This document shows positions 17,143-28,140 of a stretch of 64,000 bases of DNA, in pieces. Source of the stretch: Vicinamibacterales bacterium (GTDB lineage: Bacteria; Acidobacteriota; Vicinamibacteria; Vicinamibacterales; UBA8438). The position numbers were made by a program, and so were the translations under genes. How positions within the stretch are numbered: the stretch's first letter is position 1; every line of letters starts with the position of its first letter. The notes under the pieces are model-generated. The model did no database searches. It was given only the letters and a program-made list of their open reading frames with translations, and was not told where the DNA came from. The DNA lies in contig CAXXTG010000281.1 of the NCBI GenBank assembly GCA_963666855.2, positions 10,035 to 74,034 on the forward strand. Reading direction: 5' to 3'.

Positions 17143-18016
17143 GTGGAACCGAACACGGTCGGAGAGGAGTCCGCGTGGAGCCGTTGGGTTCGTCACGTGT
17201 GGCTGGTCTATCTCGTGCTCTTTGTCGTCCCGTTATTCCTCCGGCCGACGACCGCCTGGCAATGGGCGGTCAACGGAGCGGCCCTGGCGGTCTTCTTCGG
17301 GTTGTACGGCTGGGCGCAACGGGCGCGCGGGGCTGCGTTGGCGTGCGGCATCGGCGGGATCTTCGGGCTCGGCGTCGCGCTGTTGCCGATCAACCCGGGC
17401 GCGCTGTGCCTCTTCATGTACGCGGTCGCCTTCCTGGACCGCGTGAGACGGCCGGCGGTCGCCGGCGTCTCGCTCGCCGTCCTGCTCGTGGTGGCCGCGG
17501 CGGCGATTCTGCAGTTCGCGTCCACCCCCATGCTCGGCATGCTGGTCCTCATGCTGCTGGTGGGCGTGACGCGCGTCCATGAAGGCGTGGTGGAGCGCAA
17601 GAACCGGGAGCTGCGGCGCTCGCGCGACGAGGTCGAGCACCTCGCGGCTCTCGCCGAACGGGAGCGCATCGGGCGCGACCTGCACGATCTGCTCGGGCAT
17701 ACCCTCTCGGTCATCGTACTGAAGTCGGAGCTGGCGGCCAAGGTGGCCGAGGCCGATCCGGACGGTGCATGCCGGCGGGCGCGCCGTCGACCCGGACCTC
17801 GCGGCCCAGGCGTGGACCGGGCCCGATCCCCTCACGGATCGCCAGCGCCAGGTGCTGCGGCTCGCCGGGGAGGGCCGGTCCGGACCGGAGATCGCGGCGG
17901 AGCTGCGGCTCTCGGAAGGGACGGTGCGCAACTACCTGTCCGAGGCGATCTCCAGGCTGGGGGCGCGGAACCGGGTCGAGGCGGCTCGCCTTGCCCGCAC
18001 GAAGGGGTGGCTCTGA
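17143..18016 (+). pseudogene. DesK-type histidine kinase (TM + HisKA_3, no ATPase domain) joined out of frame to the C-terminal LuxR-type HTH of a NarL-family regulator
   Basis: GTG 17143 follows AAGGAGAG. TM helices and the H-box ERERIGRDLHDLLGHTLSVIVLKSELA are present. Homology stops near 17755. In another frame, 17765-18016 encodes HAGGRAVDPDLAAQAW...LTDRQRQVLRLAGEGRSGPEIAAELRLSEGTVRNYLSEAISRLGARNRVEAARLARTKGWL, which has no receiver domain. Confidence 0.65.
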
Positions 18017-18276
18017 TCGGGTTCTTCACTACTGGTATGTCACGGTAATGAGTTGGCGGTCGCCCCGCGGAGTGCGCCAGTCGTTCCGGCCGGAATCGTC
18101 CGTTCCACGGCCGGTTCGGCCACCGCGGGCAACTGCAGGATCATTTCGCTGACACACCCCTACGTTGGAAAGACCGCCCCGACCCCAGTCCACCCGAGCC
18201 CTCCGAGGTCGCGGTGGAGTCGACGACGAAGGTGCGGGTCGAGTCCCCGACCGGGCCAGTCGTCGCCCAACCGACC

Positions 18277-18981
<705 letters not shown>

Positions 18982-19047
18982 TTCTGGATCCTTCCTGAAG
19001 AGTCCTCAAACCGGCGGTACCCGCGGGCAGTACAGGCTTGCCCGCGC

Positions 19048-21699
19048 CTACTCCTCGACGCGCAAGACCTCCGCGGGATCGATCCTGAGGGCGCGCGTAA
19101 CGGGCAGGCCGACGGCGACGGTCGCCACCAGCACGAGGCACGCCGCCACCCCCGCGATCGCGAGAGGGTCCACGCCCTGGGCACGAAAGAACTGCGACTG
19201 AAGCAGCGGCGAGACGCCGCTGCCCAGTGCGGCTCCGACGACGACGCCGACCGTCACCAGCTTCATGCTCGTGCTCCCGGCCACGAGCCGGATGATCTGC
19301 AGCGGCCGGGCCCCGAGCGCGATGCGGAGGCCGATCTCCGGGGCGCGCTGCGCCACGACGTAGCTCAGCGTGCCGAAGAGCCCGATGCACGCGAGCAGCA
19401 GGCCGCCGGCCCCGACGAAGCCGCTCACGACGGCCGCGATCCACGCCGGCAACAGCGCCGTGCCGACCATCTCGGTCATCGTCGCCACGTTCACGACGGG
19501 CACGCCCGGGTCGATTCGAGCGATGCCGTCTCGTGCCGCTTCGGCCGATACGCCCCGGATGTGGAACGTGACCTGAGGGGAGTAGACGTCCTCCATGGAC
19601 TCGAACACGACGGGAACCGCATCCTCCCGCAACGACACGAACTGGCCGTCTTCGACCACGCCGACCACGGTCGACCACGGGGAACCGGTGGAACGTGTGG
19701 GATCGCGCCATTCCTGACGAAGGACCTCATCCAGGCTCAGTCGGCGCAGTCACCCGCCGACGGCATTTTGCCGGGGCCAGAACCGCTCCGCGAACGCGCG
19801 GTTGACGAGTACCGCGTTTCGCTCTCCGGGTTCGAGGTCGCGGCCGCGAAGGAGGGGCACGCCCATCAGGCGAACGTAACCGGGACTGACGATGTTCGTG
19901 TTCATCAGCGGGTCCTCTCCGGGCCCGTATTGGTACCCGTCGACATCCATGCCGCGACGTCGTAGCGCCTGGAGAGACAGAAACGGCGCTGTTGATGCTT
20001 CAGCCATCGGCACTTGCTCCAACACGCGTCGGAGATACGCGCGACCACGGTCTTCGGAGTACCCGGCTGCCTCGAGATCGACGGTGACGAGCGCCAGCCG
20101 ATCGGGGTCGTAGCCGAGCGGGACGGCGTACGCGGTCACGATGCTGCGCGCGAAGGCCCCCGCGATGATCAGGAGAAAGACGGCGGTGGTCGCCTGCATC
20201 GCGGTCAGGGTGTTGCGCAGCCTCGTCTGCGAGAACCTGCCGAGACGCGGCCTGGCTTGAGTGGCGTACAGGGCCGGAAGGAACCCGACGAGGAGGCCGA
20301 CGCCCGATGACACGGCCAGCGACGCCGCGAGCAGGCCCCGGCCGGCCTCGAGGTCGAGCTGCAGCGGGACGGGCAGGGGCAGGTCCGACACCAGCAGCGC
20401 AACGAACCTGACGGCGACCGACGCCGCCGCGACGCCCAGGCCCCCCGCGGCCAGACCGAGGCCGAGGCTCTCCACGGAGACCTGCCGGACCAGTCTGAAC
20501 CGGCTCGCGCCCAGGGCCCGCCGAATCGACATCTCGCGACGGCGAAACGACGCGTCGGCGAGCAGGAGGCCCGAGATGTTGGCGCAGACGATGAGCAGGA
20601 GCGTGCCGACCAGCCCGGTCAGCACAGCCAGCGGCCCGAATACGGAAAAGGGCAGGCGTGCGTCGTTCGCCTCCCTGACCGTCAGGGCCAGCGGCTGTCC
20701 GGAAGGGCCCGTCCACTCCTCGGGGTATGCCTGATGGAGACGTCGACCGACGACCGCCACGCGCGTCCGTGCCTCGTCGATCGTGACGCCGTCGTGCAGT
20801 CGACCGACTATGCCGTGGCCACGGGTGCCCCGCTGTTCCTGTCGGGTGTCACCGAGCCGTACCGATTGCTCGAAGGCCGTGGGCAGCCAGACGTCGACGC
20901 GGACGAAGTCTCGCGTGACCGCCAGTTCGGCCGGCGCCACCCCCACGACGGTGAAGGGCGACCCGTTGATGACCAACGCACGGCCCAGCACCGACGGATC
21001 GCCGCCGAACTCGGAAAGCCAGGTTCCATTGCCGATGAGCGCGACGGGACTGGTCTCGGACGGCTCGAACCCGCGCCCGAGGACCGGCCTCAGTCCCATC
21101 GTATCGAAGTAGTTGGGCTCCACGATACGGGCGGACATGACCCGGGTCTCTCCGCCGAACCGTACGCCGACCGGAGTGAGAGACATGGCGGTGACGTGCT
21201 CGAACACGTCGCGCGTGGATTCGCGAATATCGAGATAGTCCGGATAGGAGTTCAGAGCCTGTAGGCCGCCGAAGCTCGTGGACACCACGGCCAGCCGATG
21301 CGGGTCCGCGCCGGGCGAGGGACGCAGGAGCAGGGCGTCGACCAGCGAGAAGACGACGGTGTTCGCACCGATGCCGATGGCCAGCACCGCGATCGCCACC
21401 CCGGCGAGAACCGGGCGCGCGCGCAGGCGGCGGAACCCGAACTGGAAGTCCCGCCACAGGTCGTCGAGGGCACGGAAGCGGTGTACGTCGCCGCATTGTT
21501 CCTTGATCGTCGTCATCTCCAGCCCTCCCAGACGGGCCAGCGCCGTGCGGCGCGCCTCCTTCGGAGCCATGCCGCGCCTGATGTTCTCGTTGACGTCCAG
21601 CTCCAGGTACGCCTGGAGCTCGGCATCGAGCGCGCGTTCGAATGGCCCACGGCGGAACAGATTCAGCAGGCGAACGGCGAAGATCCGCAAGCGGTTCAT
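19048..21699 (-). pseudogene. ADOP/MacB-like FtsX permease interrupted by a single in-frame TGA (19750-19752)
   Basis: ORFs 19750..21699 and 19048..19668 are in the same frame and are collinear with the intact paralog 22991..25657. The stop aligns to a CGA (Arg) codon in that paralog. Confidence 0.7.
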
Positions 21700-21820
21700 G
21701 ACGACTCCTCCGCGATCAGCAAACGTCTCTGCTGGTTCAACGCGCGCCAGATAGAGCAGCTCCGGACGTCGGACGGGATTGGGGCCTGGGAGGCCGGCGC
21801 CCGGTCTAGCCGCCGGTTTC

Positions 21821-22948
21821 TTATACCGGCGGCGGCGGGGGCGGCGGCATCGGCGGCTCGGGTGGCGACAGCCCTGGCAGCGACGGCAGCCCCTGAGGAG
21901 CTCTTGGAATCTCCTCGCGGGCCGCTGTTCCCGTTTCGCCGTCGGAAATCACGATGTCGCCGCTGACGGTGGACAGCTCGAGGCGCGTGCCGGCGCCCCC
22001 GCCGGCGGTCCCTCGAATCGCGCGGTACCCTCTCCCGAGGATCGTGGCTTGGCGGACCGCGCCGCCCGGTCCGGCGAGGATGGGGACGTCCGAGCGGAGA
22101 CCTCCGCTGAACGACTCCGCCTCGAGCTCGAACGCCGAGCCGTCCGGCACCGTCAGCAGAATGCGGCCCGAGTGCGAGCGGACGCCGTACCGGCCGTCGG
22201 ACGCGAGGGATCCGTCGAAGGCCACCGGTCCCGAGACCGTCTCCACCTCGACGCGCCGGGACTCCACCCCTGCGAGCGCCACCGCGCCGCTGAAGGCGTT
22301 CACCTCCAGCCGCGGTGCCCGGACCTTCTCGATATCGATGTCGCCGCTGACGGTCCGGGCGGTCAGGGTGCCGCCGGCGCGCACGTCGGTGAGCTCCAGA
22401 TCGCCGGAGAACGACTCGACTGCGACCAGCCGCGCCAGCGCGGTGAGCCGGACGTCGCCGCTGACCGTCTCGACGCGCGTCTCGCCGTCCACGGCCTCGA
22501 CGGTCACGTCGCCGGCGAACGACTCGATGGTGACGCCGGCGCCTCGAGGCATCGCCACCCGGTAGTCCACCGCCACGAACGGTTCCCGCCTGTCCCGCCG
22601 GCCGCCGCCGAGCAGGTCGCCCAGCGACTCCAGAAAGGAACGCCGGTGCCCGGGGTACTCGGTTTCGACGGTCACCCGGTTGCCTCGCTCCTCGATCTCT
22701 ATCTCGACCCGATCCAACGCGTCGTCGTCGGCCCCGCTTCGGCTCGCCCGCTTCGTCGCCCGAATCGTCAGGTCGTCACCGTCCACCCCGGTCACGGTGA
22801 TCCCGCCCTCGACGTTGCGGAGCGTCAATCGTCCTCCGGGTTCCATCGGAATGGTGCGCACCAACTCCTCGGTCTGGCCCGCGGCAGCGCCGGCCGCGCC
22901 CATCAGCGCGGCGGCGACGAGCGCGATCTGCGCGTTCTTCATGGTCAT
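21821..22948 (-). CDS. DUF4097 (LiaG-like) beta-strand repeat protein with a signal peptide and a Pro-rich tail
   Basis: Repeated xVSGDIxI/ESFSGDLEL strands are present, with a signal peptide MTMKNAQIALVAAALMGAAGAAAG and a C-terminal PPEPPMPPPPPPPV. Confidence 0.7.
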   Translation of the reverse strand: MTMKNAQIALVAAALMGAAGAAAGQTEELVRTIPMEPGGRLTLRNVEGGITVTGVDGDDLTIRATKRASRSGADDDALDRVEIEIEERGNRVTVETEYPGHRRSFLESLGDLLGGGRRDRREPFVAVDYRVAMPRGAGVTIESFAGDVTVEAVDGETRVETVSGDVRLTALARLVAVESFSGDLELTDVRAGGTLTARTVSGDIDIEKVRAPRLEVNAFSGAVALAGVESRRVEVETVSGPVAFDGSLASDGRYGVRSHSGRILLTVPDGSAFELEAESFSGGLRSDVPILAGPGGAVRQATILGRGYRAIRGTAGGGAGTRLELSTVSGDIVISDGETGTAAREEIPRAPQGLPSLPGLSPPEPPMPPPPPPPV

Positions 22949-22990
22949 GGTGTCCTTCCTTCCGTTTCGACCGGGGCCTATTGCCCGTAC

Positions 22991-25657
22991 CTACTCCTCG
23001 ACGCGCAAGACCTCCGCGGGATCGATTCTGAGGGCGCGCGCGACCGGTAGGCCGACGGCGACCGACGCCACCAGCGCGAGGCACGCCGCCACCCCCGCGA
23101 GCGCGAGAGGGTCCACGCCCTGGGTGCGGGAGAACTGCGACTGAAGCAGCGGCGAGACACCGCTTCCGAGCCCCGCCCCGACGACGACGCCGACCGTCAC
23201 CAGCTTCATGCTCGTGCTTCCTGCCACAAGCCGGATGATCTGCAGCGGCCGGGCCCCGAGCGCGATGCGGAGGCCGATCTCCGGGCCGCGCAGCGCCACG
23301 ACGTAGCTCAGCGTGCCGAAGAGCCCGATGCACGCGAGCAGCAGGCCGCCGGCCCCGACGAAGCCGCTCACGACGGCCGCAATCCGCGCGGGCAACAGCG
23401 CCGTGTCGACCATGTCCGCCATCGTCGCTACGTTCACGACGGGCACGCCGGGATCGATTCGGCCAATGCCCTCTCGTGCCGCTTCGGCCGATACGCCCCG
23501 GATGTGGAACGTGAACTGAGGGGTGTAGACGTCTTCCATGGACTCGAACACGACGGGAACGGCATCCTCTCGAAACGACACGAACTGGCCGTCGTCAACC
23601 ACGCCGACCACGGTCGACCACGGGGCGCCGGCGACCGCCGGGGGGTCGCCCCGCATTTGACGAAGGACCTGCTCCCGGGTCGGTCGGCGCAGTCGCCTGC
23701 CGACCGCATTCCGACCGGACCAGAACCGCTCGGCGAACGCCTGGTTGACAAGCACCGCGTTTCGCTCTCCAGGTTCGAGGTCTCGACCGCGAAGGAGGGG
23801 CACTCCCATCAAGCGGACGTAACCGGGACTGACGACGTTCGCGTGCACCCCTTCCATGTTCTCTCCAGCCCGGGGCCGATACCCGTCGACATCCATGCCA
23901 CGACGTTGCTGCGCCTGGAGAGACAGGAACGGCGCTTCCGATGCCTCGGCCGTCGGCACCTGTTCGAACACCTGTCGGAGATACGCGCGACCGCGATCCT
24001 CGGAGTACCCGGCCGCCTCCAGATCGACCGTGACGAGCGCCAGCCCGTCGGAGTCGTAGCCGAGCGGGATTGCGTACGCGGCCACGATGCCGCGCGCGAA
24101 CGCCCCCGCGATGATCAGGAGAAAGACGGCGGCGGTCGCCTGCATCGCGGTCAGGGTGTTACGCAGCCTCGCCTGTGAGAATCTGCCAAGACGGAGCCTG
24201 GCCCGGGTTGCGTACAGTGAGGGAAGAAACCCCACCAGAAGGCCTACGCCTGATGACGCGACCAGCGAGGCCGCGAGCAGGCGCCAACTGGGCTCGAGGT
24301 TCAACTGCAAGGGCAGGGGCAACGGCAGGTCCGATACCGGCAGCGTCACGAAGCCGATGGCGACCGACGCCGCGGCAACGCCCAGGCCCCCCGCGACCAG
24401 ACCGAGACCGAGGCTCTCCACGGCGACCTGCCGGACCAGTCTGAACCGGCTCGCGCCCAGGGCCTGCCGAATCGACATCTCGCGACGGCGGACCGCCGCG
24501 TCGGCGAGCAGAAGGCCCGAGATATTGGCGCAGACGATGAGCAGGAAAGTGCCGACCAGTCCTGACAGGACGGCCAGAGGCCCGAATGCGAAAGAAGGCA
24601 GGCGTGCTTCATTCGCTGTCCTGATCGTCAGGACCCGCGGCCCGGCAAGGCCCGTCGTCCACTCCTCGGGGTACGACTGATGAAGACGTCGGCCCACGAC
24701 CGCCAGACGCGCTTGTGCCTCGTCGATCCCGACGCCCTCACGCAGCCGGCCGACGATGTCGTAACCGCGCGAGTCGCGCCGCTCCTGTCTGGCGTCACCC
24801 AGCCGTACCGACTGCTCGAAGGCCGCGGGCAACCAGACGTCGACGCGGAGGATGCCTCGCGTGCCGCCGAACAGGCCCCCCAGCTCGACGGGTGCCACAC
24901 CCACGACCGTGAACGGCAACCCGTTGACGGCGATTGCGCGGCCCAGCACTGACGGGTCGCCGCCGAACTCCGAGAGCCACACGCCGTTGCTGATGACGGC
25001 GACCGGGCTGGTCTCGGCCCCCTCGAACGCACGCCCATGGACCGGCCTCAACCCCATCGTATCGAAGTAGTTGGGCTCCACCATCTGGGCGGACATGACC
25101 CGGGTGTCTCCTCCGCCGATGCGGACACCGACCGGGTTGAGAGACGCCAGGGTGACTTGCTCGAACACGTCGCCGGTGGACTCGCGAATGTCGAGAAAGT
25201 CTGGATACGAGTTGGCGCTCGGCTGCCCCCTCGAATCGCTCGTGAACACGACGGCCAGGCGATGGGGGTCCGGGCCGGGCAACGGACGCAGGAGCAGAGC
25301 GTCGAGCAGCGCGAAAATGACCGTGTTCGCACCGATGCCGATGGCCAGCACCGCGATCGCCACGCCGGCGAGCACCGGGCGCGCGCGCAGCCGGCGGAAC
25401 CCGAACTGGAAGTCCCGCCACAGGTCGTCGACGGCGCGGAAGCGGTGCACGTCGCGGCATTGTTCCTTGATCATCTCCAGGCCTCCCACGCGGGCCAGCG
25501 CGGTGCGGCGCGCTTCCTGGGGAGCCATGCCGCGCCGGATGTTCTCGGCCGCGTCCAGCTCCACGTACGCCTGGAGCTCTGCATCGAGCTCGCGTTCGTA
25601 TGGCCCGCGGCGGAAGAGATTCAGCAGGCGGACGGCGAAGATGCGCAAGCGGCTCAT
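22991..25657 (-). CDS. ADOP family duplicated permease (MacB-like, two FtsX modules)
   Basis: An 888-aa intact ORF. The N-terminus MSRLRIFAVRLLNLFRRGPYERELDAELQAY is typical of PadR-linked ADOP permeases, and the C-terminus ends ARALRIDPAEVLRVEE. Confidence 0.85.
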   Translation of the reverse strand: MSRLRIFAVRLLNLFRRGPYERELDAELQAYVELDAAENIRRGMAPQEARRTALARVGGLEMIKEQCRDVHRFRAVDDLWRDFQFGFRRLRARPVLAGVAIAVLAIGIGANTVIFALLDALLLRPLPGPDPHRLAVVFTSDSRGQPSANSYPDFLDIRESTGDVFEQVTLASLNPVGVRIGGGDTRVMSAQMVEPNYFDTMGLRPVHGRAFEGAETSPVAVISNGVWLSEFGGDPSVLGRAIAVNGLPFTVVGVAPVELGGLFGGTRGILRVDVWLPAAFEQSVRLGDARQERRDSRGYDIVGRLREGVGIDEAQARLAVVGRRLHQSYPEEWTTGLAGPRVLTIRTANEARLPSFAFGPLAVLSGLVGTFLLIVCANISGLLLADAAVRRREMSIRQALGASRFRLVRQVAVESLGLGLVAGGLGVAAASVAIGFVTLPVSDLPLPLPLQLNLEPSWRLLAASLVASSGVGLLVGFLPSLYATRARLRLGRFSQARLRNTLTAMQATAAVFLLIIAGAFARGIVAAYAIPLGYDSDGLALVTVDLEAAGYSEDRGRAYLRQVFEQVPTAEASEAPFLSLQAQQRRGMDVDGYRPRAGENMEGVHANVVSPGYVRLMGVPLLRGRDLEPGERNAVLVNQAFAERFWSGRNAVGRRLRRPTREQVLRQMRGDPPAVAGAPWSTVVGVVDDGQFVSFREDAVPVVFESMEDVYTPQFTFHIRGVSAEAAREGIGRIDPGVPVVNVATMADMVDTALLPARIAAVVSGFVGAGGLLLACIGLFGTLSYVVALRGPEIGLRIALGARPLQIIRLVAGSTSMKLVTVGVVVGAGLGSGVSPLLQSQFSRTQGVDPLALAGVAACLALVASVAVGLPVARALRIDPAEVLRVEE

Positions 25658-25706
25658 GACGACTCCTCCCGTGATGCTGCAAGGGCCGGGTGGCGGGAAA
25701 CGGGCA

Positions 25707-26042
25707 TCAGGCTTCCTCTACGTCGCGCAACGCCAGCTCGATCGCGACCGAGACCCGCTTCCAGTTGCGAACTTCTTCCCCGGTGTGCCGGCGCCCGGCG
25801 GCGGTCAGTTCGTAGAACTTCGCCTTGCGGTTGGTTTCGGAACGTCCCCATTCCGAGGTCAGCCAGCCCTTCTGCTCGAGCCGGTGCAGAGCGGGAAAGA
25901 GCGAGCCCGGGTTGACGCGGAACGCCCCCTCCGTGAGCTGCTCGATCCGTCGCGCGACCCCGAGCCCGTGGTACGGCCCGGTCATGAGCGCGCGGAGGAT
26001 TAGCAGGTCGAGGGTGCCGCGCATGAGGTCGGTGCGGGACAT
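25707..26042 (-). CDS. PadR family transcriptional regulator
   Basis: The sequence GTLDLLILRAL...HGLGVARRIEQLTEGAFRVNPGSLFPALHRLEQKGWL...KAKFYELTAAGR identifies the family. Confidence 0.9.
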   Translation of the reverse strand: MSRTDLMRGTLDLLILRALMTGPYHGLGVARRIEQLTEGAFRVNPGSLFPALHRLEQKGWLTSEWGRSETNRKAKFYELTAAGRRHTGEEVRNWKRVSVAIELALRDVEEA

Positions 26043-26063
26043 GGGATGATGCTCCTGTTGGGT

Positions 26064-27893
26064 TCAACGTCCTGAGGACACGGAGGTTCCCGGGGTCGAG
26101 CGGGATTCGGGCGCTCGCGCGCCGGGCCGCGCCGCGCCGCCGACGACGGCGATGCCGGCGCCGCCGAGGGAAGCGCGCCGCGTCCGGTCGAACTCGATCA
26201 GCGCGCGCTGGTAGTCGAGAATCGCGCGCAGCTCGGCGTCCCGCGCGGCCGCGAGATCGCGTTGCGACTGCAGGACGAAGAAGTTCGTCGACAGGCCGGT
26301 CTCGAACTTGCTCTCCTCGGCCTGGAGTTGCCGTTCCGCCAGCTCCCGCGATGCCGTCGCGGCCTCGATGCGCTCCTGGATCGACTCGATGCGGAGGGCC
26401 GCGGCGGTGACCTCGCCGGCAATCCGAAGCTCGATGCGGCGAATCTGGGCTTCGTTCTGCTGCAGCTCCCGGCGGGCCCGCTCGTGCGCGGCGCGGTCCG
26501 CGCTCCGGCCGAGCGGGTAGCTCATCCGGAGCTGGACGCTCCAGACCGGGTAGTCCGCGCCGGCGATGCTCTGCAGCGCATCGCGGTAGCCGCCGGGGAG
26601 AACCCCGCCGGTGCCTCCGAAGATGTCCTCGAAGCTGTTCCCGGCGGGAATCAACTGGGGACCGCCCTGACCGGTGAGTTGATAGCTTCCGATCAGATCG
26701 AGCGCCGGCAGGGCGCTGTTGCGGAGATTGCGGACCGTCGCTTCGTTGATGTCGAGCTGCCGTCGCGCGCGGGAGATATCGGTGCGGCTGTCGAGCGCCG
26801 TCTGGACGGCCTGCTGCAGGTCGATCGGCACAGCCTCGATGCGCGGCTGGTCGGTCGGGTCGATCTCCGCGTTCCACAGCGGATCGGACGTTCCCGCGAC
26901 GATGAGCTCCTTCAGGGCCAGCTCGTTGGCGCGCTGCGTCTCGACCGCCTGCGCCAGCAACTGGCGGCGCGACGCGGCTTCGGACTCCGACTGCACGACG
27001 TCGATCGGGGCCATCGTGCCGACTTCGACCCGGAACCGGTTGTCCTCGACGAACTGCTCGGCCAGGGCCAGTGCCTGCCGCTGCACGTCCACGGCGGCGC
27101 GGGCATAGACGAGATCCCAGTAGGCCAGGCTGACGTCGGCCAGGGTGTTGACGACGGTCTCCTCGAGGTCGATGTCGGAGATGTCCCGGTTGATGCGCGA
27201 GACGACGAGCTGCGTGCGACGGGCATCGGTGCGGAACCCGCGCAGCAGCGGCTGCGTGTACTGCAGGGTCATGTTCGCGCCGAAGCTCGGGTTGAAGGTC
27301 GAGAAGATGTTGGTCGACTCTTCGCGCGTGGTGTTCCAGGTGACGTCGTAGCGGCCGCCGCCCCACCTGATCTCCTGTCCGATCCCGAGGTCGTAGGCGC
27401 CCTGGTCGGTGACGATGGACCGGCCGCCGAGCCCGCCGCCGTCGAACACGAAGCGGTTGGGCACGGTCGACTGGTTGAAGTCGAAGCCGGAAGAGGCGGA
27501 GGGCAGGAACGCCGCGCCGGCGGCGGCGACCTGCATGTCCTGCACGAGCGGCTGAATGCGCTGAACGGCGATGTCGAGGTTCTGATCGAGAGCCCGCTGG
27601 ACGGCGTCGTCGAGCGTGAGCTCGAAGCGGCGGGCCGGCCGCCCCGACCGGCGCGCGACTCCGGCGGCGCGCGCGCCGACGGTGGCGTCGAGGTCCTGGG
27701 CGTCGGTTGCGCGCGCCGCCGCCGCGATTCGCGCGCCAACCGTGTCGAGGCCCTGGGCGTCGGTTGCGCGCGCCGCGGCCGAGATCATCAGACCGGCCAT
27801 CAGGGGCGCGATCGCGAAGGCACGAGCCCGAGTCGCCGGGATCGCCCTCCAGTTTGCGAGTCCGACTTGGCGCGAAAGCGGGTTCTGGCTCAT
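26064..27893 (-). CDS. TolC family outer membrane efflux protein
   Basis: The motif LTLDDAVQRALDQNLDIAV is followed by two long coiled repeat halves. ATG 27893 is chosen over the longer ORF. An N-terminal tandem duplication lies at 27670-27786. Confidence 0.8.
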   Translation of the reverse strand: MSQNPLSRQVGLANWRAIPATRARAFAIAPLMAGLMISAAARATDAQGLDTVGARIAAAARATDAQDLDATVGARAAGVARRSGRPARRFELTLDDAVQRALDQNLDIAVQRIQPLVQDMQVAAAGAAFLPSASSGFDFNQSTVPNRFVFDGGGLGGRSIVTDQGAYDLGIGQEIRWGGGRYDVTWNTTREESTNIFSTFNPSFGANMTLQYTQPLLRGFRTDARRTQLVVSRINRDISDIDLEETVVNTLADVSLAYWDLVYARAAVDVQRQALALAEQFVEDNRFRVEVGTMAPIDVVQSESEAASRRQLLAQAVETQRANELALKELIVAGTSDPLWNAEIDPTDQPRIEAVPIDLQQAVQTALDSRTDISRARRQLDINEATVRNLRNSALPALDLIGSYQLTGQGGPQLIPAGNSFEDIFGGTGGVLPGGYRDALQSIAGADYPVWSVQLRMSYPLGRSADRAAHERARRELQQNEAQIRRIELRIAGEVTAAALRIESIQERIEAATASRELAERQLQAEESKFETGLSTNFFVLQSQRDLAAARDAELRAILDYQRALIEFDRTRRASLGGAGIAVVGGAARPGARAPESRSTPGTSVSSGR

Positions 27894-28140
27894 CTCGGAA
27901 CGCCTCCGTTCACAGTGACGCTCTTTCTCAGAGCGGGTCTTTCTCCCCCGCGGCACGGGAGACGGCCTGGGAGCCGTGGGAAGTCCCCGCTGCTTCGACC
28001 GGCGGTGCATCCTGCTTGCTGCGTTGCTCCTCGGTTGCAGATGCCCGATAGGCGCTCTCGTCGCGCTTTGTCAGGCAGGAGCCTCGACTGTCCGGCGGCG
28101 CCCTTCGGGCGCGGTGCGACGCGGGGTTCATTACGGGCTC

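Noticed and set aside
19750-19752. The in-frame TGA as selenocysteine or programmed readthrough.
   Set aside because: The paralog has Arg (CGA) at this position in a non-catalytic linker. A CpG transition or a sequencing error is the simpler explanation.
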